A DNA stretch of 64,000 nucleotides from an uncultured Planctomycetia bacterium (GTDB taxonomy: Bacteria > Omnitrophota > Gorgyraeia > 2-02-FULL-51-18): the NCBI GenBank assembly GCA_964402785.1, contig CAYODQ010000002.1, positions 5,763-69,762 of the forward strand. The letters run 5' to 3'. The position numbers and the translations under genes are program-made. Shown one piece after another: positions 29,559-40,397 of this stretch. The stretch's first letter is position 1. The number at the start of each line of letters is the position of its first letter. Below the pieces are notes generated by a model. That model was not told where the DNA came from. It searched no databases and saw only the letters and a list, made by a program, of their open reading frames with translations.

Positions 29559-29598
29559 CTAACACGTCTCCCAACTCCGAACTCCCTACTCCGAACTT
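29504..29598. repeat. Inverted pair of 7-mer tandem arrays (GGAGTTC / GAACTCC) flanking the kdsA start
   Basis: gttcggagtttggagttcggagttcggagg (from 29504) faces ctcccaactccgaactccctactccgaac (from 29568). Confidence 0.88.
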
Positions 29599-29602
29599 CA
29601 TT

Positions 29603-31958
<2,356 letters not shown>

Positions 31959-31965
31959 CGCTCCT

Positions 31966-33015
31966 TCATTTATGTTGGCCAGGCTGAGTCTTGATCAGAT
32001 CCGATTTACGCCGGCGAGGCTGCTGAGTCTCATTGGCAATGCGCTGCGAAAGCTCTTCTTGATTAGTGACGGCGACACCGATCTTACCGACCACGATACC
32101 GGCAGCACAATTTGAAATATGAGCTGCATCAATAATATTCGCTCCTCCGGCTAGCGCCAACGTCAAAGCGCTGATCACCGTATCCCCGGCACCAGACACG
32201 TCAAAAACTTCCTGAGCCACGGTTGGAATTTTCACAGTTTCCTTGCGCGGACGAAAGATTGCCATACCATTTTCTCCGCGTGTAATGATCAAGCTTTGGG
32301 AGCGAAGCTTTTTGAGCATAAGCTGCCCTGCTTTTTCAAGCGTGGCATCATCTTTGATCTTAAACCCAACAGCCGCACCCGCTTCATGGTGATTGGGTGT
32401 CAGAGTGGTAACGCCATTGTAGTAAGAAAAATGAGTCTCTTTTGGATCCACCGTGATCACCTTTTTGTGCTTCTTGGCGATACGCACTGCCTCACTCACG
32501 AGTTTTGGTACGATCACACCTTTGCCATAATCTTCGATGATGAGCGCATCCACTTCCGGCAATTTTTTGCGGATAAATTCTTGGATCTGATCCTGTATAG
32601 AATCCGCGATCGGCTTCACAAGCTCGCGGTCGATACGAACCACTTGCTGATGATGTGCGATCACGCGTGTTTTTTGAGTCGTGGGACGTGATTTATCGGC
32701 CACGATGCCATCACAATGCACACCTCTTTTTTGAAGCACGCTCCTTAAAACTTCGCCGCGCGAATCGTCACCAACCACACCCGCCAAATAAACTTGTCCA
32801 CCCAAAGTGCTGATGTTGTACGCCACATTGGATGCTCCTCCCGGCATAAAATTTTCAGAATTGACCCACACAACCGGCACGGGAGCTTCGGGCGAAATGC
32901 GAGAAACATTGCCCCAAATAAATTCATCCAAGATCAGATCGCCGACGACCAAAACCTTGGATTTGTTAAAATTGGAAATGATATGCTTCCAACGTGCTAA
33001 GTCATTATGTTCCAT
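31966..33015 (-). CDS. rfaE: D-glycero-beta-D-manno-heptose-7-phosphate kinase (stand-alone RfaE/HldE domain I)
   Basis: RISPEAPVPV, DY.KG, DVSGAGDTV; no adenylyltransferase domain. Confidence 0.93.
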   Translation of the reverse strand: MEHNDLARWKHIISNFNKSKVLVVGDLILDEFIWGNVSRISPEAPVPVVWVNSENFMPGGASNVAYNISTLGGQVYLAGVVGDDSRGEVLRSVLQKRGVHCDGIVADKSRPTTQKTRVIAHHQQVVRIDRELVKPIADSIQDQIQEFIRKKLPEVDALIIEDYGKGVIVPKLVSEAVRIAKKHKKVITVDPKETHFSYYNGVTTLTPNHHEAGAAVGFKIKDDATLEKAGQLMLKKLRSQSLIITRGENGMAIFRPRKETVKIPTVAQEVFDVSGAGDTVISALTLALAGGANIIDAAHISNCAAGIVVGKIGVAVTNQEELSQRIANETQQPRRRKSDLIKTQPGQHK

Positions 33016-33072
33016 GCGGTAGCATTCCTAATATTCGGTTAAACTTGCAGGTTTAGTCCAGCAAAGATGATG

Positions 33073-33101
33073 ATTTTAGCATTGCGTAGGGAACACGTCA
33101 A
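33073..33101 (-). promoter_or_regulatory. Sigma70 promoter of the rfaE-kdsB-pyrG operon
   Basis: TTGACG (33101-33096), 17-nt spacer ending in TGc, TAAAAT (33078-33073). Confidence 0.75.
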
Positions 33102-33147
33102 CAAACCCCTCTCCCCAAGAATCCAAGCCTTAGATGAGATAAGCGTG

Positions 33148-33322
33148 CAAGCCGACAAGGGACACTATCCTACAGACACGCCTGCCTGCCGGCAGGCAGG
33201 CTCCGGTGCCCCTGCGAGGCACCTCGCTCTTCTTGCCCCCTCGCCCATGTTTAAAATAGAGCTATGTTCCGTGCGGCTCGGGGGTCGCGGAGGTCTTACG
33301 GATAGTATCCCTTGTCGGCTTG
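33148..33322. mobile_element. MITE-like structured element with 23-bp terminal inverted repeats
   Basis: CAAGCCGACAAGGGACACTATCC ... GGATAGTATCCCTTGTCGGCTTG (22/23 match). Contains the perfect palindrome GCCTGCCTGCCGGCAGGCAGGC (33180-33201) and a GGTGCC/GGCACC hairpin. No TSD seen. Confidence 0.55.
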
Positions 33323-33415
33323 AGAAGCCATTCTCACACGAAGGCTGTATCCATGACTCGTTTCTGCAGTATATGAAAGTAATTCATCCAGAAGAGCGAG
33401 CGGTGTCTTAGGGTT

Positions 33416-33614
33416 AAGCCGGCAGCGCATTTCGATTTTATTCGTTCCCGGCCGTTTGGATGCGCTTATGGTTTTGTTGTAAGTCGTTTGGAGACGGCAC
33501 GAGCCCTGGTTTATACATTATGCGAGCTGGAAATCCACCCGACGCGGTGCCTCTAATATAGGCAGTCCGCCACCGCGTCTTGGATTTTGTCCGAGCCTGC
33601 CTGCCTGCCGGCTT
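33416..33614. repeat. Second structured element bounded by 10-bp inverted repeats
   Basis: AAGCCGGCAG ... CTGCCGGCTT, with internal stems AGCGCAT/ATGCGCT and AAATCCA-GACGCGGTG / CACCGCGTC-TGGATTT. Confidence 0.5.
33501..33528 (-). other. dif-like half site (XerC arm plus spacer; XerD arm non-canonical)
   Basis: Minus strand AGCTCGCATAA-TGTATA-AACCAGGGCTC versus E. coli dif GGTGCGCATAA-TGTATA-TTATGTTAAAT. Confidence 0.5.
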
Positions 33615-33638
33615 TACATCTGAGAGGAAGAAATGGGT

Positions 33639-34463
33639 TTATTTTTTGGATTGAGATTTAATAACGCCATTAATAGGGTCGAAGGGCGTTTTGAGCATGC
33701 TCCACTCGCGGATACGCTTTTCGTCGGCGGATAAATAGATCCAAACTCTTCCCCGGCTATACAAAACACCCTTCAAACTTGTCCTGGGCTCAACGAGAAT
33801 GGTGTCCACACTCCCCCGACCTTTCAACTCTTTCGATTCTCTCTTTAGCACCTGTATCTCCAAGTCATGGTCTTTTTCTTCACTGGAAACAACGGTGTGC
33901 ACCGCTTTGCCTACTTGAAGATCTTGCCTGCGCACCCAGAAAAAAGCCGATATGACATCGTGCACAAATCCGCCGATCTCAAACTCTTTTTTTTCGCCGT
34001 TCTTAAGCGATTCGTAATAGCCCTTTTTATTAGATGGATCAAAAACCGTCTTTTCGTCCGCTCGGTACCGCCCCTCACTTAGTTTTTTTTGGAATTCCAG
34101 CGGATACAGATCGTCAACCGCAATAAAGCTATGCAGCTCATCTTGGACCGGGTATATCGTCGACAACACTTCGTTGGTCCTTGCGATCGCGACCACATGG
34201 TAAGCTTCTCGCCCAAGATGTTGGATCTTTTCCTTCACCCACAACTCTCCGTAACCCACGGGGACGCCCATCCAAGAAACTTCGTACAACAAATGCTCGC
34301 CCAACTCCATACGAGCATTCGGCTTTGACAGGGGGGGTAATTTCTTCGGTGTTTTTGCTGCAAAATTATTCTGCGCGATCGCTGGCATTGAACCGCACAG
34401 GATCGTCATCAATAAAACCAAAATCAAATATTTAACGTTGGTAAGTTGCAGATTTTTTTTCAT
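33639..34463 (-). CDS. DUF3108-family exported protein
   Basis: Signal peptide, GE.L.YEVSW.GVPVG, YPVQD, D.ISAFF..R, W.YLS.D..R. Confidence 0.75.
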   Translation of the reverse strand: MKKNLQLTNVKYLILVLLMTILCGSMPAIAQNNFAAKTPKKLPPLSKPNARMELGEHLLYEVSWMGVPVGYGELWVKEKIQHLGREAYHVVAIARTNEVLSTIYPVQDELHSFIAVDDLYPLEFQKKLSEGRYRADEKTVFDPSNKKGYYESLKNGEKKEFEIGGFVHDVISAFFWVRRQDLQVGKAVHTVVSSEEKDHDLEIQVLKRESKELKGRGSVDTILVEPRTSLKGVLYSRGRVWIYLSADEKRIREWSMLKTPFDPINGVIKSQSKK

Positions 34464-36435
34464 GCTGTCTAGTCAGGATTGTCGCCAAGCTCTGGTACAC
34501 CTCTTCCACCCGGATCGCTTTTAGGCATTCAAAATCGATCGTGCATGCATGAGCCAAACAGACCACACATCCAATATCTTTATGCAAAACGCGGTGCGAC
34601 GCACCCAGCGGTTGCCAGCGGCGAGCGCCAAGCCCGGCTTGATTGCGTCCAAAAATACTGACAACCGGCGTACCAACAGCTGCGGCCACATGCACCGGGC
34701 CCGAATCATTTGAAACTAGAGCATCGCATACAGATAAGAACGCTGTCAGTTCATTTAAATTTTGACGGCCCGTCCAGTCCTGTACCCTCTCATCAAAACC
34801 CTTGGAAAGATAGGCTCCCAGCGAAACCTCATCCTCGCCACCAATAATCGCAACGCGGTGCGAATGGAACGCCAGGATACTTTCGATCAAGCGGCGGTAA
34901 TTTTCTTTGGGCCATCGCTTTGAAGGGCAGCTGGCGCCGGCGTGAATCGCGATCACCCCTTCTCGCTTAGCCAAATCCACTCGGGTCTCCGGAAAAAGCA
35001 GCTTATCCGGCATTTGAGTTGGGCGCGGCACACCAAACGCCTCGACCAAGTGCAAAGCATACTCAGATTCATGCTCCAAGCCCAGATGTCTTTTGTCAGG
35101 CATCGCGTGAGTGAGCAAAAAAGATAGGTTATTTTGATATCCGATCCGATATGGAATAGCTGATAAAAATGGGATCAAATAGGAACGTATCCCCGGATGC
35201 ATCACAAATGCTGCGTCAAACGATCGTCTTCTTATTTCTCGAATAAACCGGCTATAACCCCATGGAAACGTATGCGCTCCGCCCTTTTTGTAATCATAAA
35301 CCAGGACTTCATCGATCCAAGGATGCTCCCGCAAAAGATCCTGCGTGTAAGGCCGCGTCATGACCGTGATATGCGCATCGGGATGCTGTTGACGAAGTGC
35401 ATAGATAGATGGCAGCGTCAGCACCAGATCTCCAACACGATCCAATCGCATCACCAAAAACCTCAACCCCTGGCCTCTCAATCGATCCTCCAGGATCTGA
35501 GACGCTTTGTGATAAACAGTTTCTACGGATAAGTTGCTGAGGCACTCATGGCCATAGCGACATTGAGCTTTTTCGCATGGGGAACAAAAGATCTTGAGAG
35601 ATAAAGAAGCGCTGCCTTTTGTCCTGGGGCCGTACTTTGCCGGGTCCGTGGGCCCAAATAATGCCAGCACCGGAACTTTGAGCGCATCCGCGATATGAAG
35701 TGGCGCACTATCATTGGTGATGACGAGCTTTGCACGACGGACCAGACTTACTAATTCCAAGAAAGTCGTCTCGCCGCAAACATTTAAAGCCGCTTGCTTC
35801 ATGGATGAGCGAACACGTTCGGCGTCTTTTGCATCAGCCTTATCCCCCACCAATACGATCTGAAATCCTTTTTCATGGGCAAGCCGATCCAGAAGCTGAG
35901 CGTAATGAACTGCTGGCCATTTTTTAATATCGCTCTTGGAGCCTACGGCGGCAATGATCGTGGGCTTGTCTCTATCCAGCATTGGACGAGTAGAATCATT
36001 CGGTGATCTCCGCTCCAACCATCTTTGCTCCACCGGAAAAAGAGAAACAAGTCCTTTCAAAGAAGCCAGGTGTTTTTCACCGCGATGAGCGCCTTTGGAT
36101 CGAGTAATATAAGAATTACGATAACGTGCTCCTGAAAGCAAGCCGATCAAAGAACGCCGAAGATCGATCACAAGATCATAGCGCTCGTTGCGGATCGACT
36201 GAATAAACGCCCATTTCTGCTGAAAAGGTGCTCGTTTATTGAACACCCGAAACTGATCGATGCGCGGATCCCCTTCAAAAACGATCTTCCCGGATTCTCC
36301 CGCGATCACATCCAATTTCGCTTCAGGAAATGACAATTTCAATTGCTCAAACACCGGAAGCGTCAACACCACATCTCCTAAATTTGAAAGTGTGACGACC
36401 AAGATCTTTTGGATCGAGCTTTTGTCGGTGATCAT
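34432..36435 (-). CDS. Tandem double GT9 (heptosyltransferase-like) protein
   Basis: Two complete GT9 units (LSNLGDV...NDSAPLHIA...FGPT and LDRVGDL...NDSGPVHVA), each ending in a Cys4 motif. Confidence 0.88.
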   Translation of the reverse strand: MITDKSSIQKILVVTLSNLGDVVLTLPVFEQLKLSFPEAKLDVIAGESGKIVFEGDPRIDQFRVFNKRAPFQQKWAFIQSIRNERYDLVIDLRRSLIGLLSGARYRNSYITRSKGAHRGEKHLASLKGLVSLFPVEQRWLERRSPNDSTRPMLDRDKPTIIAAVGSKSDIKKWPAVHYAQLLDRLAHEKGFQIVLVGDKADAKDAERVRSSMKQAALNVCGETTFLELVSLVRRAKLVITNDSAPLHIADALKVPVLALFGPTDPAKYGPRTKGSASLSLKIFCSPCEKAQCRYGHECLSNLSVETVYHKASQILEDRLRGQGLRFLVMRLDRVGDLVLTLPSIYALRQQHPDAHITVMTRPYTQDLLREHPWIDEVLVYDYKKGGAHTFPWGYSRFIREIRRRSFDAAFVMHPGIRSYLIPFLSAIPYRIGYQNNLSFLLTHAMPDKRHLGLEHESEYALHLVEAFGVPRPTQMPDKLLFPETRVDLAKREGVIAIHAGASCPSKRWPKENYRRLIESILAFHSHRVAIIGGEDEVSLGAYLSKGFDERVQDWTGRQNLNELTAFLSVCDALVSNDSGPVHVAAAVGTPVVSIFGRNQAGLGARRWQPLGASHRVLHKDIGCVVCLAHACTIDFECLKAIRVEEVYQSLATILTRQHEKKSATYQR

Positions 36436-37475
36436 CGGCTCAGCTCCAGTGTTTTTTCATAAACTTGCTCAGGTGAGATCGATCGCATACAAAGATGGTC
36501 GCTGCAAGATTGAAAATAACACGGCAGTTCACATCCGACTCGGGATTGAAAAGTAAATAACGCGCCGGAGGAAACAGGACCTGTCAAAGCAGCGGACGTG
36601 GGCCCAAATAGCGCCACAATGGGCGTCTTTTGAGTTGCCGCCAAATGAACCGGCCCCGAGTCATTGGACAGCATGACTTGAGCCCCCTTCAAAAGCCAGG
36701 CCAATTCATCCAAAGATGTTTGCCCGCACAACGAGATCAGCCTGGGATCCCGGACAGATTCGATGAGGAGTTTTGCCAACTCCATCTCCGAAACGGTCCC
36801 GCAGATCACGACATGCCCCGTATTTTTGCTCAGCCAAAGCTGTGTCCACTTCGCAAAAGACTGGATCGCCCACCGCTTAAGATGCCAGTTGCCACCAATA
36901 TGAATGACGGCATACGAAGAGCTTGCGGACAAACCCGCCTTGCCGCATTTACTCTGCAATCGCTCAAAAGCTCCTGCATCCGGAAAAAAATCCATTTGGC
37001 GTCCCCGAGACGGGATCCCCAGCGCTTGCGAAAGATGCAAAAAATGATCGATCTTATGCAAAGCCTGATCAGGCGGCGCTACCGCATGAGTCATAGATGT
37101 TTTTTTGTCAGGCGCCTGATATCCTGCGCGAATAGCAATGCCCGACATTTTCAAAAGGAACGATCTGGATTTTGACGGCGTCAGCAAAATAGCGGCGTCA
37201 TAGCGCTCTCCTCGCAAACGGCGAACCAAAACCAACGCCTGCCATAAAGATCCCAAATGAATGCGCTCGTTATAAACCAACGAATTGCGGACGTTGGGAT
37301 TATGCTTCAGGACACCCTCAACACGATGAGGCAATAAAACGTCCATCTCGCAATCCGGGTAGGCTTGCTTAAAAGCTCTTAAAAATGGCGTGGCAAAAAG
37401 AACATCCCCCAACCAATTTGGACAAACAACCAAAACGCGCTTTAAATCTTTCGGAAGCGCTGCAGACATGATCAA
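36432..37475 (-). CDS. GT9 lipopolysaccharide heptosyltransferase (WaaF-like)
   Basis: PNWLGDV, KRW, NDSGPVHLA, LFGPT. Confidence 0.88.
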   Translation of the reverse strand: MIMSAALPKDLKRVLVVCPNWLGDVLFATPFLRAFKQAYPDCEMDVLLPHRVEGVLKHNPNVRNSLVYNERIHLGSLWQALVLVRRLRGERYDAAILLTPSKSRSFLLKMSGIAIRAGYQAPDKKTSMTHAVAPPDQALHKIDHFLHLSQALGIPSRGRQMDFFPDAGAFERLQSKCGKAGLSASSSYAVIHIGGNWHLKRWAIQSFAKWTQLWLSKNTGHVVICGTVSEMELAKLLIESVRDPRLISLCGQTSLDELAWLLKGAQVMLSNDSGPVHLAATQKTPIVALFGPTSAALTGPVSSGALFTFQSRVGCELPCYFQSCSDHLCMRSISPEQVYEKTLELSR

Positions 37476-38275
37476 GAATCCATGGAAGGGCTGACACTCT
37501 GCTGGCCACCCTTATAAGACACACGCTTTTTTCCTAGGTGATAAATACCGGAGACTTTGGCCCAAAAACTAAACAGCCCGTTCGAATTATTGACCTTGAT
37601 GCGATGCAGACCATAAAAATCATGAGGCACTTTTCCGTAATTGGTCGTCACAGCACCTTCATATCCACTTGACTGAACCAAAGCCCTCACTTCAGGAGTG
37701 GTGCCTCCTGCGGGAAAACTGAAAAGCGTGACAGGATGACCCAAAATACTTTCAAGTTTCACCTTTGATGCGGTCAACTCGTTCTTTATTTGCTCTTCGG
37801 AGCATTTAGGCAAAAAAGCGTGGGATAATGTATGACTGCCAATGGTGACGCCGGATTCATCCATGATCTGAAGCTGCTTTGATGTCAGCCACCCCGCCTT
37901 GCCGATATTGTCCGTGATCATAAAGATAGTGGCTGGTAAACCTAGCTTTTTTAGGATAGGAAATGCATTGTTATAATTATCCACCGTCCCATCGTCAAAC
38001 GTAATACACACGGTCTTAGGCTTGATCTTTCTGCCTGCCTTTAATTCCTCCACCACTTTAGACAAGGGCTCGACATGATAACGGTGTGTTTTTAAGAACT
38101 GCATCTGTCGCTCGAAAGATTCGGGTGTGACCGTTGGTGACTTGATCTTGGGGTTGGCGTAATCGACAATGTGATACATGAGAATAGGGGTCTCAAAAAA
38201 ATAAGCGCGGGCAGCTTGGAAAAGGATCCAAGCGCAAATTAAAACAAGAACGAGGCCTTTGTACCGCCGGGTCAA
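37472..38275 (-). CDS. Polysaccharide deacetylase (CE4/NodB family), N-terminally anchored
   Basis: PILMYH, ITFDDG, GSHTLSH, FSFP.G. Confidence 0.88.
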   Translation of the reverse strand: MTRRYKGLVLVLICAWILFQAARAYFFETPILMYHIVDYANPKIKSPTVTPESFERQMQFLKTHRYHVEPLSKVVEELKAGRKIKPKTVCITFDDGTVDNYNNAFPILKKLGLPATIFMITDNIGKAGWLTSKQLQIMDESGVTIGSHTLSHAFLPKCSEEQIKNELTASKVKLESILGHPVTLFSFPAGGTTPEVRALVQSSGYEGAVTTNYGKVPHDFYGLHRIKVNNSNGLFSFWAKVSGIYHLGKKRVSYKGGQQSVSPSMDS

Positions 38276-40395
38276 ACCAGGCTCTCCGATAACGATACGC
38301 CGGATGGACGCTTGTTATTGATGAGATGAAGGACGGCATCCAACACTTCCTGCACACTGATCTTCTTCATACACGGATGGCCGATCGGACAGCTTCTGAG
38401 ATAACAAGGGCTGCACTGAAGCTCTTTCCAAAACACCTGATGATGTGAGGGCGGCATCAAGTGTCTTTTAGGATCAGTGGGCCCGAAAATAGCCACAAGC
38501 GGTATATCCAAGCTGGATGCGATATGCATTGGAGCCGAATCAGAGCTGATAAACACCTGACAACGCCTGATCAGCGCCGTGAGCTCTGTGATCGTCGTTT
38601 TTCCGACAGCATTCACCGGCTTGTTGCGTGTTTGCGATAAAAGCTCGTCCGCCAGCGCCTGCTCTTCGTGAGAACCCGTGATCACCACGCGAATATTTCT
38701 CCTCGCCAACTCATCGCAAAGCTTGGCGTAATTTTCCACAGGCCAAAGCTTGGTCGGCCATCGCGGAGACGATCCCGGATTGATCCCGACCAGGATCTGG
38801 CTGGGAGAAACCCACTGGGACTCCAAAAATTTTCCGATCTTCTCATCCTCACTCTTTTCCGTCCATATCTCAAGCTGCTTTGAGGATGGCTCGACTCCGA
38901 TAAGCTTCAGGACCTGAAATTGATGATCGATAGGAGAAATTGTTGAAAAATCGCCCTCTGCGCGCCGGTTAAGAAAAAAAGACCATTTGCGATTTTTGTG
39001 CCCCGCGCGCACCCGGGCACCGCAGAAAAATGAAAAGAAATGACTCAGTCGATTGTTTTGAAGATCGATAGCAATATCAAAATCCTCGCCAGCCAACAAC
39101 CGGGCCATCCGAAGCGCCGATCGCCATTTGTGCTTCATACTCTCTTCATAGACCATCACATCATCCACATACGGACAATTACGAATGATCTTTCTCGATT
39201 TTCTTCCAACAAGGACCGTGATCCAGGCTTTGGGATATTTTTCACGCAACGCCCTAAGAGAAGGAATACTGAGTATCACATCCCCAAGCGCACTCAACTT
39301 GATGACCAATATTTTTTTTCGGGAAAGCGCTTCTTCGTATACCTTGAGCTTCTTCTCAAACATCATGGGAAGATCATACTCAGCCTCGACTTTGGCGCGC
39401 AAAGATTGGGCTAGGTTTTTGGCCAGAGATTCGTCTTTGAGTATCCTCAACACGGCGTCCGCCAATTCGCGCGGATCCTCGGGACCCACCAATAATCCGT
39501 CTTTTTCGTGCTCAATGATATCCACCAAGCCACCCATGCGCGTCGCCACCACAGGGACACCGCAAGCGCCTGCCTCGATCACGACACGCCCAAAAGCCTC
39601 TTCGCCCACCGACGGCGCCACCAAAACCGACATCTTACTCAAAAGCTCTGGAATATTATATCGGGTCCCCATGAACTGAACTGCCTGCGAAAGCCCAAGG
39701 TTACGCGTGAGCATCAAAAGCTCTTCTTTGTATTGTGGTTTGGGCGCATCTCCAATGATCTGGATCTTGATATGCGGATAAACTCGCACGACCCGTGCCA
39801 TGGCTTTCAAAAAAAGTGGGTGTCCCTTGATCGGTGTCAGCCTCCCCACCAAACCGATCACCACTTCCTTTGTTGCTGCCAGTTTTTCAGCGTCGCGCAA
39901 TTTAAACTCTTCCAAATTGACACCACGCGGGATCATGCGGATCTTTTCGTGAGGTACACCAAAGTCATCTCGCATGCGCTTCCCAATAATATGGCTAGCG
40001 ACAATCACGTATTTGCCCCAACCCATCGGACGGCTTAAAAGGTGTTTACTATAAAAACCGTGGCTCGTTGTCACGAACGGAACCTGAGTGTAGCGGCTCA
40101 CAAAATAAGCGATCAGGGCGGGAACGCGGCTGCGGGCATGGATCACATCGATACCCTCCATGCGAACGATTTTGATCAATGCTTTTACGGAGGCGATGAT
40201 AGAAAAAACTGATTTTTTATGCACCGGAAGCGCATAATGCGTGACACCCGCTGACACGAGCTCGCCAACCAGAGGGCCCCCAGCTGAAACCACCACAGCC
40301 TTATAGCCTTTACGTTTTAAATACTTCGCCAGATCGACCGACCCGCGTTCAACCCCGCCTGATTTGAGCTCTGGCAATATCTGAAGCACGACCAT
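38272..40395 (-). CDS. GT4 glycosyltransferase fused to a GT9 heptosyltransferase
   Basis: N-terminal half has GGVERG, HARSRVPA and EAFGRVVIEA (GT4). C-terminal half has KLSALGDV, DSAPMHIA and FGPT (GT9). Confidence 0.88.
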   Translation of the reverse strand: MVVLQILPELKSGGVERGSVDLAKYLKRKGYKAVVVSAGGPLVGELVSAGVTHYALPVHKKSVFSIIASVKALIKIVRMEGIDVIHARSRVPALIAYFVSRYTQVPFVTTSHGFYSKHLLSRPMGWGKYVIVASHIIGKRMRDDFGVPHEKIRMIPRGVNLEEFKLRDAEKLAATKEVVIGLVGRLTPIKGHPLFLKAMARVVRVYPHIKIQIIGDAPKPQYKEELLMLTRNLGLSQAVQFMGTRYNIPELLSKMSVLVAPSVGEEAFGRVVIEAGACGVPVVATRMGGLVDIIEHEKDGLLVGPEDPRELADAVLRILKDESLAKNLAQSLRAKVEAEYDLPMMFEKKLKVYEEALSRKKILVIKLSALGDVILSIPSLRALREKYPKAWITVLVGRKSRKIIRNCPYVDDVMVYEESMKHKWRSALRMARLLAGEDFDIAIDLQNNRLSHFFSFFCGARVRAGHKNRKWSFFLNRRAEGDFSTISPIDHQFQVLKLIGVEPSSKQLEIWTEKSEDEKIGKFLESQWVSPSQILVGINPGSSPRWPTKLWPVENYAKLCDELARRNIRVVITGSHEEQALADELLSQTRNKPVNAVGKTTITELTALIRRCQVFISSDSAPMHIASSLDIPLVAIFGPTDPKRHLMPPSHHQVFWKELQCSPCYLRSCPIGHPCMKKISVQEVLDAVLHLINNKRPSGVSLSESLV

Positions 40396-40397
40396 AT

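Noticed and set aside
33067-33411. 114-aa plus-strand ORF in the intergenic gap
   Set aside because: It runs through the rfaE promoter and the palindromic element (PACRQAG is translated repeat), and shows no SD or recognisable domain.
33501-33528. The chromosomal dif site / replication terminus
   Set aside because: The XerD arm, normally the most conserved part, does not match, and gene orientation does not switch. Kept only as a half site.
33148-33614. 6S RNA, tmRNA, RNase P, SRP or a riboswitch in the structured gap
   Set aside because: I could not recognise diagnostic motifs by eye. An Rfam scan is needed before naming anything.
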